From Podarcis tiliguerta (Eukaryota): a stretch of DNA of 64,000 nucleotides. Under the pieces are notes generated by a model, which saw only the letters and a list, made by a program, of their open reading frames with translations, made no database searches and was not told the origin of the DNA. Where the stretch lies: NCBI GenBank assembly GCA_965153285.1, contig OZ229110.1; one strand, given 5' to 3'. Position 1 is the first letter of the stretch. Every line of letters begins with the position of its first letter. The position numbers and the translations under genes were made by a program. This document shows positions 13,682 to 26,813 of this stretch, piece by piece.

Positions 13682-14103
13682 CTGCATTGTAAATAAAAGT
13701 AGATGTCAAATAAATTGCTGATGATAACAATTTAAAATATAATTAAAAAATCAGTGTCAGTGGCTGAGGCAGGATGGGAACGGAAAGGAAAGAGAGAGAA
13801 AATACAAAGCAATGATGTTAGGGGGAATAAAGCTCAGGCTTTCTTTTTTCTTTTTTAGAAAAAGCAAGCGGATGAGTAAAAGAGAGGAAATCTCTCTAAA
13901 CGTTACTCTAACCTTCCTTCCCTAATTGCCAGTTTTTATGCCACCCAGCCAAACATCAGTGGTTTCTCATATTCTTCTCTCTCCCTTTGTTTTGAGAGGA
14001 ATCCACTCTACACTTTCAGTCAAGTTGCGGTCCCTACTTTTCTACAACTATCTAGGAGCTTCCCATTGGGAAAGTGTGCTTGCCTTGCACTCAAAACATG
14101 ATA

Positions 14104-14461
14104 AAAAAGGTAAAGGTACCCCTGCCCGTACGAGCCAGTCGTGTCCGACTCTAGGGTTGCGTGCTCATCTCACTTAAGAGGCCAGGAGCCAGCGCTGTCC
14201 GGAGACACTTCCGGGTCACGTGGCCAGGGTGAAGAAGCTTCATCTGGCAAGCCGGCACCAGCACAGCACACGGAAACGCCGTTTACCTTCCTGCTATAAA
14301 GCGGTCCCTATTTATCTACTTGCACTTAGGAGTGCTTTCGAACTGCTAGGTGGGCAGGAGCTGGGACCGAACGACAGGAGCTCACCCGACCGCGGGGATT
14401 CGAACCGCCGATCAGCAAGTCCTAGGCACTGAGGTTTTACCCACAGCGCCACCCATGTCCC
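14104..14461 (-). mobile_element. Sauria SINE, full length
   Basis: tRNA-like head GGGACATGGGTGGCGCTGTGG..., B-box GGTTCGAATCC, (ACCTTT)n tail; TSD ACATGATA at 14096-14103 and 14462-14469. Confidence 0.9.
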
Positions 14462-14828
14462 ACATGATACCATTGCATTATTATTCAGAAGGAGGACATT
14501 GTTTTCTTTCACACAAGACAGAGAAGGAGCAAGTGTGTTTCTAGGTGGAGGAAAATGTACAACAATGATAGTGCAGCTGGAAAGAAAAGCTGAGGATTCC
14601 AGTCTCAAGAAAATTTTAGAAACGGAGCAGAATGAGGAGCATGTGGCCAGATTGTGTGATTTTTAACAACTGAGGGAATAGTGGTTTAAAGACTAGACAT
14701 ATGTGAGTTCATGAAACAGTTCAGCACAGAGCCCCTAGTTTCTCATAGGCCCTCCACTAAACCTTCTATACCGATACCCACAATATGCAAGAAAGTCAAC
14801 AAGTCAGTTTCTTTTCAGGACAACTTAC

Positions 14829-15134
14829 TTAAAATGTCCTTGGCAAGGTGCTTGTCTGGCACATCGCTTGGGTCACTATATCCAACCTTATTGACAGCAT
14901 AAATGCGGAACTGGTATTCTGTGTTCTCCGTGAGTCCAGTCACAACGTAACGTGTATCTGGCAAATTCCTTGGCAAATTGCACCGGACCCAGTTATCTGT
15001 ATCTGCTCGTTTTACTTCCACAAGGTAGCCAATAATGGGGCTTCCACCATCATATGCTGGCTTGGTCCAAGACAGGGTTATAGAGCTACGGGTGGTGTCA
15101 ATCACTTTTGGGAATGCTGGTGGGCCAGGAGGAT
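14829..15134 (-). CDS. TTN: TTN exon ~316, FN3
   Basis: GT-AG, 306 nt, [14 protein letters not shown]. Confidence 0.93.
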
Positions 15135-15241
15135 CTGAGAAAGAAAGCACCAAGAAATGACACAATTATGATCTGGCAAACCCATTTGCACGCACTCACA
15201 AAGTCACAGAAGACTGAAAAACGTGCATGTGTTCAACTTAC

Positions 15242-15544
15242 ACTGAGGATCACGTGCATATACTGCTTTAGATACTCCACTAGGTTTGCCGAGTCCAGCT
15301 TTATTCAGTGCAGTTACCCTATACTCATATTCTGTTCCTTCCTGGAGTCCAGTGGCCTTTATGGTTCTTTCAATGACGGGCTTTCTATTCACTTTTGTCC
15401 AGTTAACTGCCCTCGTTTCACGTTTTTCAACAATATATCCAGTCACAGGGGAGCCGCCATCATCAGCAGGTGCTTTCCAGCTTACTGACATGAAATCTTT
15501 TGTTATGTTACTAATTATAGGTGGTTCACATGGTCCAGGCACAT
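15242..15544 (-). CDS. TTN: TTN exon ~315, FN3
   Basis: GT-AG, 303 nt, [14 protein letters not shown]. Confidence 0.93.
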
Positions 15545-15634
15545 CTATAAATAATAATTTGAAATGTTCTTAAGCAAATGTTCAAACATAGATTGACACT
15601 AAATGCATAGAAAAATCCAGTGAGAGAAGCTTAC

Positions 15635-15931
15635 CATATGGATTCTTAGCCACTGCTGAGTCAGTCAAAATAGGGTCACCTACTCCATATTTGTTTTCAG
15701 CACAAATGCGGAATTGGTACTCATGTCCTTCAATTAGTTTCTCAACGCTGCAGCTAGTGATGGGGACATTGGCGGTGACCTGAGCCCAGTTGGGTCTGCT
15801 TGTTTCCCGTTTGTCGACAATGTAATTAGTAATGTCTGAGCCCCCATCTTCAAGAGGAGGTTCCCAAGAAAGCATTGCTCGGTCTGTGTACATGTTGACA
15901 ATCTTAACTGAAGCTGGAGGACCAGGCTTGT
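15635..15931 (-). CDS. TTN: TTN exon ~314, FN3
   Basis: GT-AG, 297 nt, DKPGPPASVKIVNM. Confidence 0.93.
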
Positions 15932-16024
15932 CTGGGAAAGAAAAATTAGGTAGTGAGTGAAGTCTTACAACTGCTACATTTCCTGAAGTTTAAATGCACT
16001 GATTCAAATGAACTTTTAGCCTAC

Positions 16025-16312
16025 CTAGTACTTTAAGTTTAATAGTTGCTGATTTGGAACCACTTGCATTTTCAGCTGTGATAGTATAATCTCCTGTTTG
16101 CTTTCTATTTACGCTGAAGAGCTCCACAGTAGAAAAATTTCTCTTGGTGGTTATCTTGACTCCTTCAACTGGTTTCAGGATCTCCCCTTCTTTCTTCCAA
16201 CTAATAGTTGGCATAGGCTTGCCGAACACATTGGCCTCAAGACAAACGTTGGTTCCAGCTTTTACTACAAGCAAGGATTTCATAGATACACCGAGTTCTA
16301 TTTTTGGTGGTA
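16025..16312 (-). CDS. TTN: TTN exon ~313, Ig
   Basis: GT-AG, 288 nt, VPPKIELGVSMKSL. Confidence 0.93.
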
Positions 16313-16431
16313 CTGCAGTGTAAAAAAAAAATGTAGAAGGGGAGGGGGGAAAATACATTCCAATGAGCACATAACAATGAGAAGGATAAAAGTATGGCTC
16401 AATTCTAATGGTACTCAAATGCGTTCCTTAC

Positions 16432-16731
16432 CATTTTCTGACTGAACGGTTATTGGATCAGAAGGTTCCGAAGGCCAGCTAATGTTCACTGCTGTTTTTG
16501 CTATGGCTCTAAATTGATACTGTGCACCTTCTTCCAAACCAGTTGCAGTATACTCTTCCAGGGGTATTTGATGGGGAGTGGTATTGCATCGTACCCATCT
16601 TTCTCCAGGCAGTTTGCAGGATTCAACAAAGTAGCCAAGTATCTTGCTACCACCATCATGTTTTGGTCTTGCCCAGACAAGAGACACAGTACTCTTAGTG
16701 ACATCAATAACCTCGGGTTTGCCAGGGGGAT
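16432..16731 (-). CDS. TTN: TTN exon ~312, FN3
   Basis: GT-AG, 300 nt, [14 protein letters not shown]. Confidence 0.93.
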
Positions 16732-17050
16732 CTAAAAACAAATGAGGTCAGGTTTATTCTACGGCATATGATAGAAAATGTCACAACACAAAGGATGCAT
16801 ATCACTGAACAAACATGGTATATTTCTTTCTTTTTAAATCCAGAGAAATTAAACTTTGGGCACAATCTAGCCAAAATCAAGGCTTTTCATTGGAATTCAA
16901 TAAGCAAATGCTTACCTTACTTGTTGTAATCAGTGCAGTTTAAGAAAGTTTAGCTTTGGCCATATTCTCCTAATGTTACGGTACTTAAGTCGGCTCAGTA
17001 TTAACAATAATAGTTATACATAATGCAATGCATGCAAATGTTTTGCTTAC

Positions 17051-17353
17051 CAACTGGTGTTCTTGCTGTAATAAAATCTGTTGGTTTGCTAGGCTTGCTT
17101 GCACCAGCTTTATTCAGAGCATAGATTCTAAATGTGTACTCAAGGCCTTCAATTAAATTTGCACATGGGTATTCTGTGGATCGCACAAGTGTATCATTGG
17201 CCTTCACCCAAAGCAAACTGTTCCTTTCTTTACGTTCAATGAGATAACCAGTTATTGGGCTGCCTCCATCGCTGTCTGGTCTGTCCCATGCCACAAAAAC
17301 GCAGTCCTTGTTCACCTTCGTAACACGTGCGTTCTTTGGTTCACTAGGAACAT
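17051..17353 (-). CDS. TTN: TTN exon ~311, FN3
   Basis: GT-AG, 303 nt, DVPSEPKNARVTKV. Confidence 0.93.
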
Positions 17354-17449
17354 CTGTAGAGAAAGAGATGAGATTTTTTTATTAAAAAAATCATTTCACC
17401 CTTAGAAGTATTCTAATAAAGACTGCACCATTGTCTGAGGTGGACATAC

Positions 17450-17749
17450 CAAATGGAAACCTTGCAATCATCTTATCGGACGGAAGCGGTTCAGAAATTC
17501 CAAATCGGTTTTCAGCACGAACACGGAACATGTATTCTTCTCCAGGGGTGAGTTTTCCAACTCTGCAATTCGTCTTTGTAACAGAAGCTACCACTGTTAT
17601 CCAGTCTCCTCGGCTGGTATCACACTTCTCAACCACGTAGTTGGTGATGTTGCTACCACCGTCTTCAAGAGGAGTGTGCCATGACAAAGAGCAAGCATCA
17701 GCATCTATGTCAGAAATTTCGAATGGTGGCTGTGGTGGACCAGGGATAT
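17450..17749 (-). CDS. TTN: TTN exon ~310, FN3
   Basis: GT-AG, 300 nt, DIPGPPQPPFEISD. Confidence 0.93.
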
Positions 17750-17852
17750 CTACAGAAAGAGATAAACATACAGGTATAAATAAGGTCATGCTCATTGATG
17801 AATCATGTTAAGAATGTTGAGAAGTAAGCATGGAAAAGAAGATTCAATGTAC

Positions 17853-18128
17853 CCATGACGACCACTTTGATTTTCTGAGTAGCTACTCCCGAGCTGTTTT
17901 CAGCTGTTAGACTGTAATAATCACTGTCTTTCCTAATGACATCTTTAATGATGAGAACCGAAGTGCTGTCTGCTTTATGCACAGCCAGGCGGCTGGATAT
18001 TGCCACATCTTTGTCTCCTTTCATCCATTTACAAGTCGGGTGGGGTTTCCCATAAACATGTGCTTCAATCCTGAGTTTCTGCCCAGCCTTTATATTGACA
18101 TGATCTGGCATCAGAATCTTAGGTGGCA
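17853..18128 (-). CDS. TTN: TTN exon ~309, Ig
   Basis: GT-AG, 276 nt, MPPKILMPDHVNIK. Confidence 0.93.
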
Positions 18129-18329
18129 CTGAAATGAAAAATCAAACGATAGGAAACAGACACGTAGGTCACGCACAAAAATTAATAACTTATGTATATG
18201 TATTTTGAATTAGTTCTCACAATCTTCAGCTGATATCATTCTTACTTGAAACAACCATGCATTTCCCCCCTGAAAACAAATGTCAGTCTCCTAACAGCTT
18301 TCATGCTCTTGACTGGGGGTAGCCTGCAA

Positions 18330-18426
18330 CTCTCTAAATGTTGTTGGACCACAACTTCCAACACCCATGGCCAATGGCCATGCTGGCTGCAGCAAATGAG
18401 AGTTGCAGTCCAACAGTGTCTGGAGG
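18330..18426. mobile_element. Degenerate short palindromic MITE (squamate type)
   Basis: Imperfect inverted arms TGTTGGACCACAACT ... AGTTGCAGTCCAACA; related copy at ~55000-55125. Confidence 0.5.
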
Positions 18427-19106
18427 TGTGGCTAGGCCACAGACTAGCCACTTCTGATCTATATTCTGCAGGAGTAAGGCAAAAGGTCTGATATTACCTC
18501 CCCAAACCAACCCAAAACTGTTTGTTTTCAAATAGTCACCAAGGAACTAGCCCCGATAACTTGTATTCCCCCTAATATCCTTGAAATATAATATCCCTGA
18601 TTCATTTCCTCCTAGCTTCTTTTGTAGGTTTATTCTAAGGTCTGAGCAGTGTGCTATTTTATTTAATTAACTATATAGCTGTCCTATTCTTCAGATGCAG
18701 AAAGCTTCACAACATCTTATAATGGGGAGATGCACAAATTTTTAAGGTAAACTTCTGCATAAATGAAGCGAATTATTCAGAAACTGCCTGCTGGGCCTGG
18801 GACCCACATTCAGTACTCTTCAGGCCAGAATTAACACCTAATACTTTGCTCTAGAAGGTCGCAGAGCCAATGAGCCTATTTGTGAAGCTTTTTTATAGAC
18901 CCTTTTGAATGTCTTGTTTGTATGTTGCTGTTTTGGGAAACCGATAAACCCATTAAAAAAGGAATGTCACTAAAGACATCAGATTAAGTGACAGGACCTA
19001 ATTTTAAATATCTTTAAGAGGTGACATCCAAATTTAGATACAAAATCAAAATAATTGAATTTAAAATATATTTCAATTGTACAAGTGGTCATAGTTAGCT
19101 ACTTAC

Positions 19107-19409
19107 TCAGTTGCTCTTTAACTTCATAGATGCCTTCGGTTTGCTTTGGCGGGCTTACTCCTACAGCATTCCTTGCAGCCACTCTAAATTTGTATTTCTT
19201 TCCTTCCTTTAGGCCAGCAACCACAATATGAAGATCTTTGACAACAGAGTACTGTGTCCAGTGATCCTCAGCATGACCCTCTTCTTGATATGCAATGATG
19301 TAGCCATCAATTTTGGAACCACCATCACGCAACGGTGGCAGCCACCCTAAAGTAGCACTATTCTTCGTTATTTCAGTCACTTCAAGTTTCCTTGGAGGAT
19401 CAGGTTCAC
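19107..19409 (-). CDS. TTN: TTN exon ~308, FN3
   Basis: GT-AG, 303 nt, SEPDPPRKLEVTEI. Confidence 0.93.
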
Positions 19410-19579
19410 CTGAAAAATAAAACAGGCAGGCAAATGCTTAGTTTACATAATTCCTACGATCATTACATCGTCTCATGATTTATTAGTGGGGGGGGGGACA
19501 CAGAATATATTGTACTATTTTATTTTTTCATTTGAATACATAAGTCATGAGACCAGTGGTTTCTTTGAACTTTGTAGTA

Positions 19580-19843
19580 CCGTATTGGCCCGAATATAAG
19601 CCGCAGCCAGTTATAAGCCGCACCTTTAAAATTCAAGGGGGAAAGAGAAAAAGAATACCCGAATATAAGCTGCTCCCTTAAAATTCCACAGGCACTCACA
19701 ACCGTTCCTTTTTACCGTATATCTGCTTTAGGAGCAATAACGCAAAAGCCAATTTTTGTAAGGTCGCGAATTTAAGCCGCACTTTAACTTTTCACAGTTA
19801 GAATTTGGGAGAAAAAGTGAGGCTTATATTCAGGCCAATACGG
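19580..19843. mobile_element. Non-autonomous Tc1/mariner-superfamily (Tc2/pogo-like) MITE
   Basis: TIRs CCGTATTGGCCCGAATATAAGCC / GGCTTATATTCAGGCCAATACGG, flanked by TA on both sides. Confidence 0.85.
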
Positions 19844-20250
19844 TACTTCTATTCTGGTTTGATTGTTTTTTGTGATCCACACATTGCCTCCACACCCTGG
19901 AAGAAGACCCAGCTGGCAATGTATTTGTGGACAGGTTATATTCTTTGAAATATAGCAAATAGAAGATCTGCCAAACAACAAGTCAATTAAATAAGTGCAG
20001 GGAGGTGAAGTTAGCTCATAAATATGAGGGAAGCATTTCTCATGTTCTTTGGGCATGTGTCTCTCTACATTCTCTTGCTCCCCAGTCAAGGATTGGGATC
20101 AACTTCCTTCCTTGTCAGGTGAGCCCTGGGTTTGGGTGAGTCGAATATGTACCTCAAGACACATTGTCAAAGCACTCACCCCAAAATACCCCCAAGCCAC
20201 AGGGATATTTCTGAGTGTTAATGCCTGAGTTCCCCCAACCTGAAATTAAA

Positions 20251-20397
20251 GGCATCTGAAGGCAGTGTTGTATCAGGAATTTTTTAGTGTTTGATGTTTT
20301 ATTGTCTTTTTATATGCGTTGGAAGCTGCCCAGAGTGGCCAGGCAACCCAGCCAGATGGGCAGGGTATAAATAATGAAATTATTTATTTATTATTAT
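20251..20397 (+). mobile_element. L2 LINE 3'-end fragment
   Basis: Shares GCTGCCCAGAGTGGC...CAGATGGGCAGGGTATAAAT and (TAT)n tail with the 11993-12406 copy. Confidence 0.75.
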
Positions 20398-20492
20398 GCG
20401 CAGTGACAACTGATTTTGACTATCTGAACTATCATACAAAATCTGAATCTCCTGAATGAAATAATACAGAAGCTACATCCATAAATACTTAC

Positions 20493-20792
20493 TTAGTGGA
20501 TCTGATGCCAGGATTGGCTTGGGCGTGTCCCTTGGAACACCAGGGCCATATTCATTGACAGCAATGACTCTGAAGAAATACTCAGTTCCTGGCATAAGAT
20601 TAGAAACCTTGAAACTAGTCTTCTTTACATCATCGGTAAGTTTTGCCCAGGTCTTTCTCTCAGCCTCACGTTTTTCCACGATGTAATGTGTTACAGGACT
20701 ACCACCGTCATTTTCAGGTGGAGTCCATGAAACCTGACAGGATGTTTTTGTGACATCCTTGACACTGAGCTCTGCTACAGGTCCAGGAGTAT
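20493..20792 (-). CDS. TTN: TTN exon ~307, FN3
   Basis: GT-AG, 300 nt, DTPGPVAELSVKDV. Confidence 0.93.
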
Positions 20793-20948
20793 CTATTGGA
20801 GGAAAGGAAACAATAAACAAACAATATTAGGCCGCAATTATTCAAAGTAAGTGGGCAGAGTCCCATGGAAAAGGAACTGCAATGAATAATACATTCATAA
20901 ATCACAGAACAAAAATTAATAGATGTTAAAATTATTGACATTACTCAC

Positions 20949-21233
20949 CAAGGACACGGACATTCACAAAGACTGCCTTTTCTCCAGCAGGGTTAACAAC
21001 TGTCAACGTGTATTTGCCTGAATCATCCCGTGTAGAATCAGGGATGACGCAGAAGGCCATTGTGTCAACCAGGTCAACCTGGCCCCTTCTGATCACATTA
21101 TCAATTCCCACCTTCCTCCAGGTAACTTTAGGTGCTGGTCGCCCTCGAATAATGGCAAAAAGTCTTATGGGGCATCCTGCTCTGACTATGACTAACTTTC
21201 TCAGGCTTGCATCCAAATCAATTTCAGGAGGTT
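20949..21233 (-). CDS. TTN: TTN exon ~306, Ig (start of C-zone repeat 1)
   Basis: GT-AG, 285 nt, EPPEIDLDASLRKL. Confidence 0.93.
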
Positions 21234-21315
21234 CTGAAAAGGAACATTAAAAGTTTAGATTTTGAAAGCAATTTTTAAGATAGCAAATAATTTAACGGTC
21301 TGTTGGCAAAATTAC

Positions 21316-21636
21316 CAAGAATTTCTTTGGGAGAAACAGCTTCTTTCAAATCAGCTGGCCGGCCAATGCCTACTTGATTTTGGGCAGAAACCCGGAACTC
21401 ATATAGTTCTTTCTCCTCCAAGCTTGTCACTGTAAATTCTGTATGAATAACTTGTGTAGCAACATTGCATCTTTTCCATCCTTCATCAGGACCTGCTTTT
21501 TCAGTTTTGGGTCTCATTTCTACCACATAGCCAATAATAGGAGCACCACCATCATAGACTGGTTTTCCCCATCCAAGAGTAATAGAGGTCTTCGTGCTAT
21601 CAACAACCTTAAGATTAATGGGAGGACCAGGTGGTT
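21316..21636 (-). CDS. TTN: TTN exon ~305, FN3
   Basis: GT-AG, 321 nt, EPPGPPINLKVVDS. Confidence 0.93.
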
Positions 21637-21740
21637 CTGTAAGATGACAGAAAAGTACAGAAGTAAGCATATCAGTGAATCAGAGAAACATAATTTAAAT
21701 TGAAGTATTACTAACAAAAATATATTGGAAAGATCAGTAC

Positions 21741-24701
21741 CTATTGGATCCTTCGCTATTGTTGGTTTTGATGGGTAGCTTGGTTCACCAATTCCAATTT
21801 CATTTTCTGCCCTGACACGGAACTGATATTCATATCCTGGAATGAGATTTGTAACTTTCTTGCGTCTCTCTGGAATTGCACTTTTGGTAACAGGAACCCA
21901 CCTTAATGACCTTTTCTCTGTCTTCTCTAATATATATCCTGTGATTGATTTACCACCATCATATTCTGGTGGATTCCAAACTACGGTCATCTCTTCTTTG
22001 CTGACCTTTGTGACTTCTGGAGGATCTGGACGACCAGGTCTATTATACTTTGTTTTTGCTATAATTGGCTTAGTCTCTGTTGGGGGACCAGTGCCCATTT
22101 TATTCTCTGCACGGACCCTGAATATATATTCATTGCCTTCAATGAGATGTGTTACATGTACATGGGTCATTAGCACAGAGGAGGAATACGTAGTCCAAAC
22201 CATTCGTCTGCTTTCACATTTCTCTACAATGTAGTTCTGTATTTCACAACCACCATCATCTTCAGGTACATCCCAGCTGACTGTGCATCGGTCATTTGAA
22301 ACATCAGCCACCTTCAAATTTCTGACAGGTCCTGGTTTGTCCAAAACATTTACAGTAGCATATGCTACAAAGCTACCAGCTGGATTAGTGGCAGTAATAA
22401 CATATTTACCGCCATCTGTGCGCCTTGCTTTGGAGAGAAGGAACTTAGATGAGTCTGAAGTTGTTTCAATTTTGACCCTTGGAGATTGGGATAGATCGGC
22501 AGAATCCTTTGCCCAAGATACTTCTGGTTGGGGCTTGCCTCTTAGTCCTGCTACAATTCTTATTGGTTCACCAGCTTTCACAGTCAGTACTCCAGACAGC
22601 TTCAGATCAAGTACAGGTTTCTGAATTTCTTCTTTAACAACAACTTCACTTGTCTTCACCCAGTCACTTTCACCACCTTCATTCTTTGTCTGAACTCTGA
22701 ACTGATAAATTTTATTTTCAACGCATTTGTCAACCATATAGTGTGTTTCCTTAATGCTACCTTTGTGCACTCTTTCCCACTCATCCGAATCCTTCAGTTT
22801 TCTTTCAACATGGTATGTTAAGTTGGGGCTGCCACCATCGTAGTCTGGTCTCCTCCATTTCAGATATACAAATGTCTTTCCTGTTTCTGCAATGTGAAGG
22901 TTTTCAGGCTCACCTGGCCTGTCAATAGGGTTAATAGCAAGGATTGGAGTTTTGGTCTCGACAACTGGACCTGGACCTACTTTGTTTTCTGCACAAACAC
23001 GGAAGAAGTATTCGTGATTTTCAACGAGATGTGCTTTCACTATCCTCTTAGTAAGATCAGAAGAAACTATTGACCAGCCTCTCTGGTTTGGTTGACGATA
23101 CTCTACTATATAGTTTGTAATTTCAGAGCCACCGTTATCTTCAGGATTCTCCCAAGAGACCATGCAAGAATCTTTGGTGACATAGGTTACTTTCAGGTTC
23201 TGGCAAGGTCCTGGCCTATCAAGCACATTAACAATAGCTGATGCTTGGGCGTGTCCGCTGCTATTCTTAGCTGTAATTAGGTATTTTCCATGGTCTGCTC
23301 TTACAGCAGGTTTTATTTGCAGCTCTATATGAGGGAATTCATGAATTATGTCAGTACGCTTATCTTTCGTTATATTTTTGCCATCTCTAGACCATGTTAT
23401 GTCAGGATCTGGTCTGCCCCTCACTTTGCCTATAATCCTTATTGTTTGGCCTACTCTGACAGTAATTACATCTCGGCAGGTCACATCCAATTCTACCTCT
23501 GGAGGCATGAGAATGTCTTTGGCAAGAACTGTTTCTGGCAATTCTCTGGGTTCTCCCTCTCCTACAATATTAGCAGCTTTAATGCGGAATCTATATTCAT
23601 TTCCTTCAATTAACCCAGGTACTGTAAAGGCACATTGTCTGATGAGTTCATCTTTGTTAATTCTATTCCACTGAGTAGTTCCGCTTTTCTGGCATTCCAC
23701 AACATATCCCAGGATGGGGCTACCACCATCTTTGAGTGGCTTAGTCCATACTAGCTCAGCTGTTTCCCTGGTCTTATCCTTGAGTTTTGGATTAATGGGA
23801 GGTCCAGGAGGTGTCATAGGACGTGATGCTTTGATTGGATCAGAAGGTGGAGATGGCTTGCTTATGCCAGCACTGTTTTCTGCAAAAACACGGAATTCAT
23901 ATGTGCTGCCCTCAAAGAGGCCTGTAGCTCTAAATTTCAGATCAAGCACTGGAGATTTGTTGACACGTATCCATTTCCCTGAGATTTCACGGCGTTCAAG
24001 TATGTATCCAGTTATTGGACTTCCACCATCAGATTTTGGCACAGTCCAACATACAGTTGCAGCATTTTCTGTAATATCATTAACTACTGGTTTACCAGGT
24101 GGAGATGGTGGATCATGCAGAGCCTTGGCAACTGTTGGTTTTGAATCAAGAGGTGGACCAACGCCTATCTTATTCTCTGCACAAACTCGGAAAATATATT
24201 CACAGCCCTTCTGTAGACGTGGAATTTTAATTCTAGTTTGATTAGTCCCTGAAGAGACCACTCCCCAGGTTTCTTTCCTTGTATCTCGTTTCTCAACAAT
24301 GTAATTAATTACAGCGCTTCCACCATCATCTTTAGGAGGTCGCCAAGCAATAACCATATGATCGGGAGTGACTTCCAGCATATCAATTGGGCCAGTTGGA
24401 GGACCAGGAACATCCAAAACTGTTAGATGAACAGGAACAGTTCTGCTTCCAGCTATATTGGATACTGTGAGCAGATATTCTCCAGTGTCTTTTCTTGTGC
24501 AGCTTTGAATAGTGAGAACTGTAGAGTAATTATCAGTATCAATCTTGTAATTGCCTTCTGATTTGATTTCAACATTATCAGTGACCCATTTTGCAGTGGG
24601 AACAGGTACGCCTCTCATGATTGCAGGGAACCGCACTGTGCTGCCAGCTTTAACAACAAGGCCTTCTATTAATTTCACATCTAGATCAACTGATGGTGGC
24701 A
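21741..24701 (-). CDS. TTN: TTN large exon ~304: Ig-FN3x3-Ig-FN3x2-Ig-FN3x2
   Basis: GT-AG, 2961 nt, VPPSVDLDVKLIEG...PTIAKDPI; the 1060-aa ORF in the track overruns the donor. Confidence 0.96.
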
Positions 24702-24817
24702 CTGAAATAAAAAAACAACAACACGCAGATTATATTATAGGTATTTCCCCATTACAAGAGTTACATTTCAGCAGTGAATATGAAATCTGTGAACAGTCAT
24801 ACAAATTCAGTGGTTAC

Positions 24818-25111
24818 CTATTTTTTCTTGGCACTCTATTGGTATGGTTGTGTCTGGAAGACTAAGACCCACAATATTTTGGGCTTTTACGCGGAATTTG
24901 TAAATCTTCCCTTGTTGTAGACCAGTAACAACACATTCTGGCACAGGGACTGTTTTGAATTTTGTCCAGTCTTCTTTCCCTTCTTCTTGGTACTCCACCA
25001 AAAATCCAGTTATTTCAGCACCACCATCCCGATCAGGCCAATTCCAAACAAGAGACACTTGTGTCCTGTCAACATCTACATGATGCAAGTTCTTTGGTGG
25101 GCCAGGAGGAT
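24818..25111 (-). CDS. TTN: TTN exon ~303, FN3
   Basis: GT-AG, 294 nt, HPPGPPKNLHHVDV. Confidence 0.92.
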
Positions 25112-25265
25112 CTTTTAAAATGAGATGAAAACAGGATTAGCATTTCTATTTTTATACACAAACCTTTCCAAATGCTGATACACATTGTATAGATCAACAC
25201 AGTCAACAAAGGTGTTTTTTTTTTTTTTTTTAAAGAACACAAAATAGTAAGTGAACTGTGCTTAC

Positions 25266-25565
25266 GAAGTGGATCTATAGCCTTAATCGGCTTGTGGGTT
25301 TCAACGTAAGGACCTCTTCCATACTGGTTCTCAGCAGCAACACGGAAGAGATACTGAGTGCCTTCCATGAGGTATTTAGCCAACAGACTGTGTTTCTTAG
25401 AAGATGATGATATTGGTAGCCATTGAGCAGCAGCAACATCTTTCCTTTCCACAACGTAATTCGTAATGACAGAGCCACCATTGTCCTCAGGTTCCTTCCA
25501 AGTCAGATAGCAAGAATCTCTTCTCACTTCACTGACCAGTAGATTCCTGGGAGGCCCAGGTTTAT
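25266..25565 (-). CDS. TTN: TTN exon ~302, FN3
   Basis: GT-AG, 300 nt, DKPGPPRNLLVSEV. Confidence 0.93.
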
Positions 25566-25625
25566 CTGGAAAAAAAATGGAAATAAATGTTCGATATAGT
25601 CTATGTATAAAAATATTGTGTTAAA

Positions 25626-25860
25626 TACCTCGGTTTAAGAACAGTCCTGTTTATGAACAATTCGGTTTAAGAACTCCACAAGACCGGAAGTAGTGTCCCA
25701 GTTTGCAAACTTTACCTTGGTCTACGAATGGAAGCCAAATGGTGGAAGGGCACCGGTGGCAGGAGGTCTCATTAGGGAAAGCGTGCCTCGGTTTAAGAAT
25801 GGTTTCAGTTTAAGAATAGACTTCCGGAATGGATTAAGTTCGTAAACCGAGGTACCACTG
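25626..25860. mobile_element. Tigger/mariner-like MITE, left TIR clipped
   Basis: Right end AAACCGAGGTACCACTG+TA mirrors left TACCTCGGTTT; internal repeats of GGTTTAAGAA. Confidence 0.75.
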
Positions 25861-26095
25861 TATATTATTTGCAAGAAAGAGTCTTTTCCTTATGATTGTA
25901 TACTTCTTATTTGTAGAAAATGAGGATGGACAGCCTCTAACCATTTTTAATTTCTAAACATTTTTCATCTGAACCTGGATAATTAAACCTGACACAAAGT
26001 ACAGGGCGTAAAATCAAACTAGTTTGTGTACAACGCCCCTCACCCCGATTTCTTCAACAAATTTACAGTAGCTTCGCTGTATGTATGTTTGTGTT

Positions 26096-26155
26096 GTGGC
26101 TGGGGCAACCCAGTCAGATGGGCAGGGTACAAATAATAAAATTATTAGTATTATT
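26096..26155 (+). mobile_element. L2 extreme 3' tail fragment
   Basis: GTGGCTGGGGCAACCCAGTCAGATGGGCAGGGTACAAATAATAAA plus TAT repeats, as in the other L2 copies. Confidence 0.65.
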
Positions 26156-26446
26156 CATTTCAGTGACTATGAACCTCAGAGAACAATTAATATTTTCCAA
26201 AGACTATGGGCTTTATGCACCCACCCATATTTGGTATGTGTGTGTTTTAACACCGCAAGGATTCTGATAATGCTTCATAACATTTAGAAAATTCCCTTCC
26301 AAAGTTGGGGAACAAGGTTGCTAACAGATGATGAAAAATATAATTTTTCATTCCTGCTTTTCTGTTGTACATAGGTATGTTCCTATCATTCACCTCTGTC
26401 ATGTTTTATCTCCCAGTAGGAGTGTTAACATCATTTCATTCATTAC

Positions 26447-26728
26447 CTAGAACAAGAACTTTTACTGAAACAGTCTTTGATCCAACCGGATTCTCCACGG
26501 TCAGGGAATAATTCCCTCCGTCTTCATGGACTGCGTGTCGAATTTCAAGCTTACTGCCAACTCCTGTAACCTCAATATCTGCCTTTGAAGGAACTTCCTT
26601 ATCTTCTTTCTTCCAAGTCACTTTTGGGAATGGAATTCCTTTAATTACAGCACTTAGCCTCAATGTATCTCCAACTTTTACATGTTGTTCTCGTGTCATA
26701 TTAGCATCCAGGATTAAATCAGGAGCCT
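26447..26728 (-). CDS. TTN: TTN exon ~301, Ig (D-zone repeat 5)
   Basis: GT-AG, 282 nt, EAPDLILDANMTRE. Confidence 0.93.
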
Positions 26729-26813
26729 CTGTAAAAAAAAAAGGGACTTCGTGTTCAGAAAATATATCCACTTTGGCCCTTTAAAACCAATTAAAACATC
26801 ATGTTCTGCTTAC

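Noticed and set aside
14104-14461. tRNA genes suggested by A/B boxes (also at 40161, 49231, 52754)
   Set aside because: They are tRNA-derived SINE heads followed by SINE bodies and simple-repeat tails
21520-21740. Hydrophobic C-terminal tail of the 1060-aa ORF, suggesting a membrane-anchored protein
   Set aside because: It is read-through of a 104-nt intron past a GT donor; normal splicing restores titin sequence
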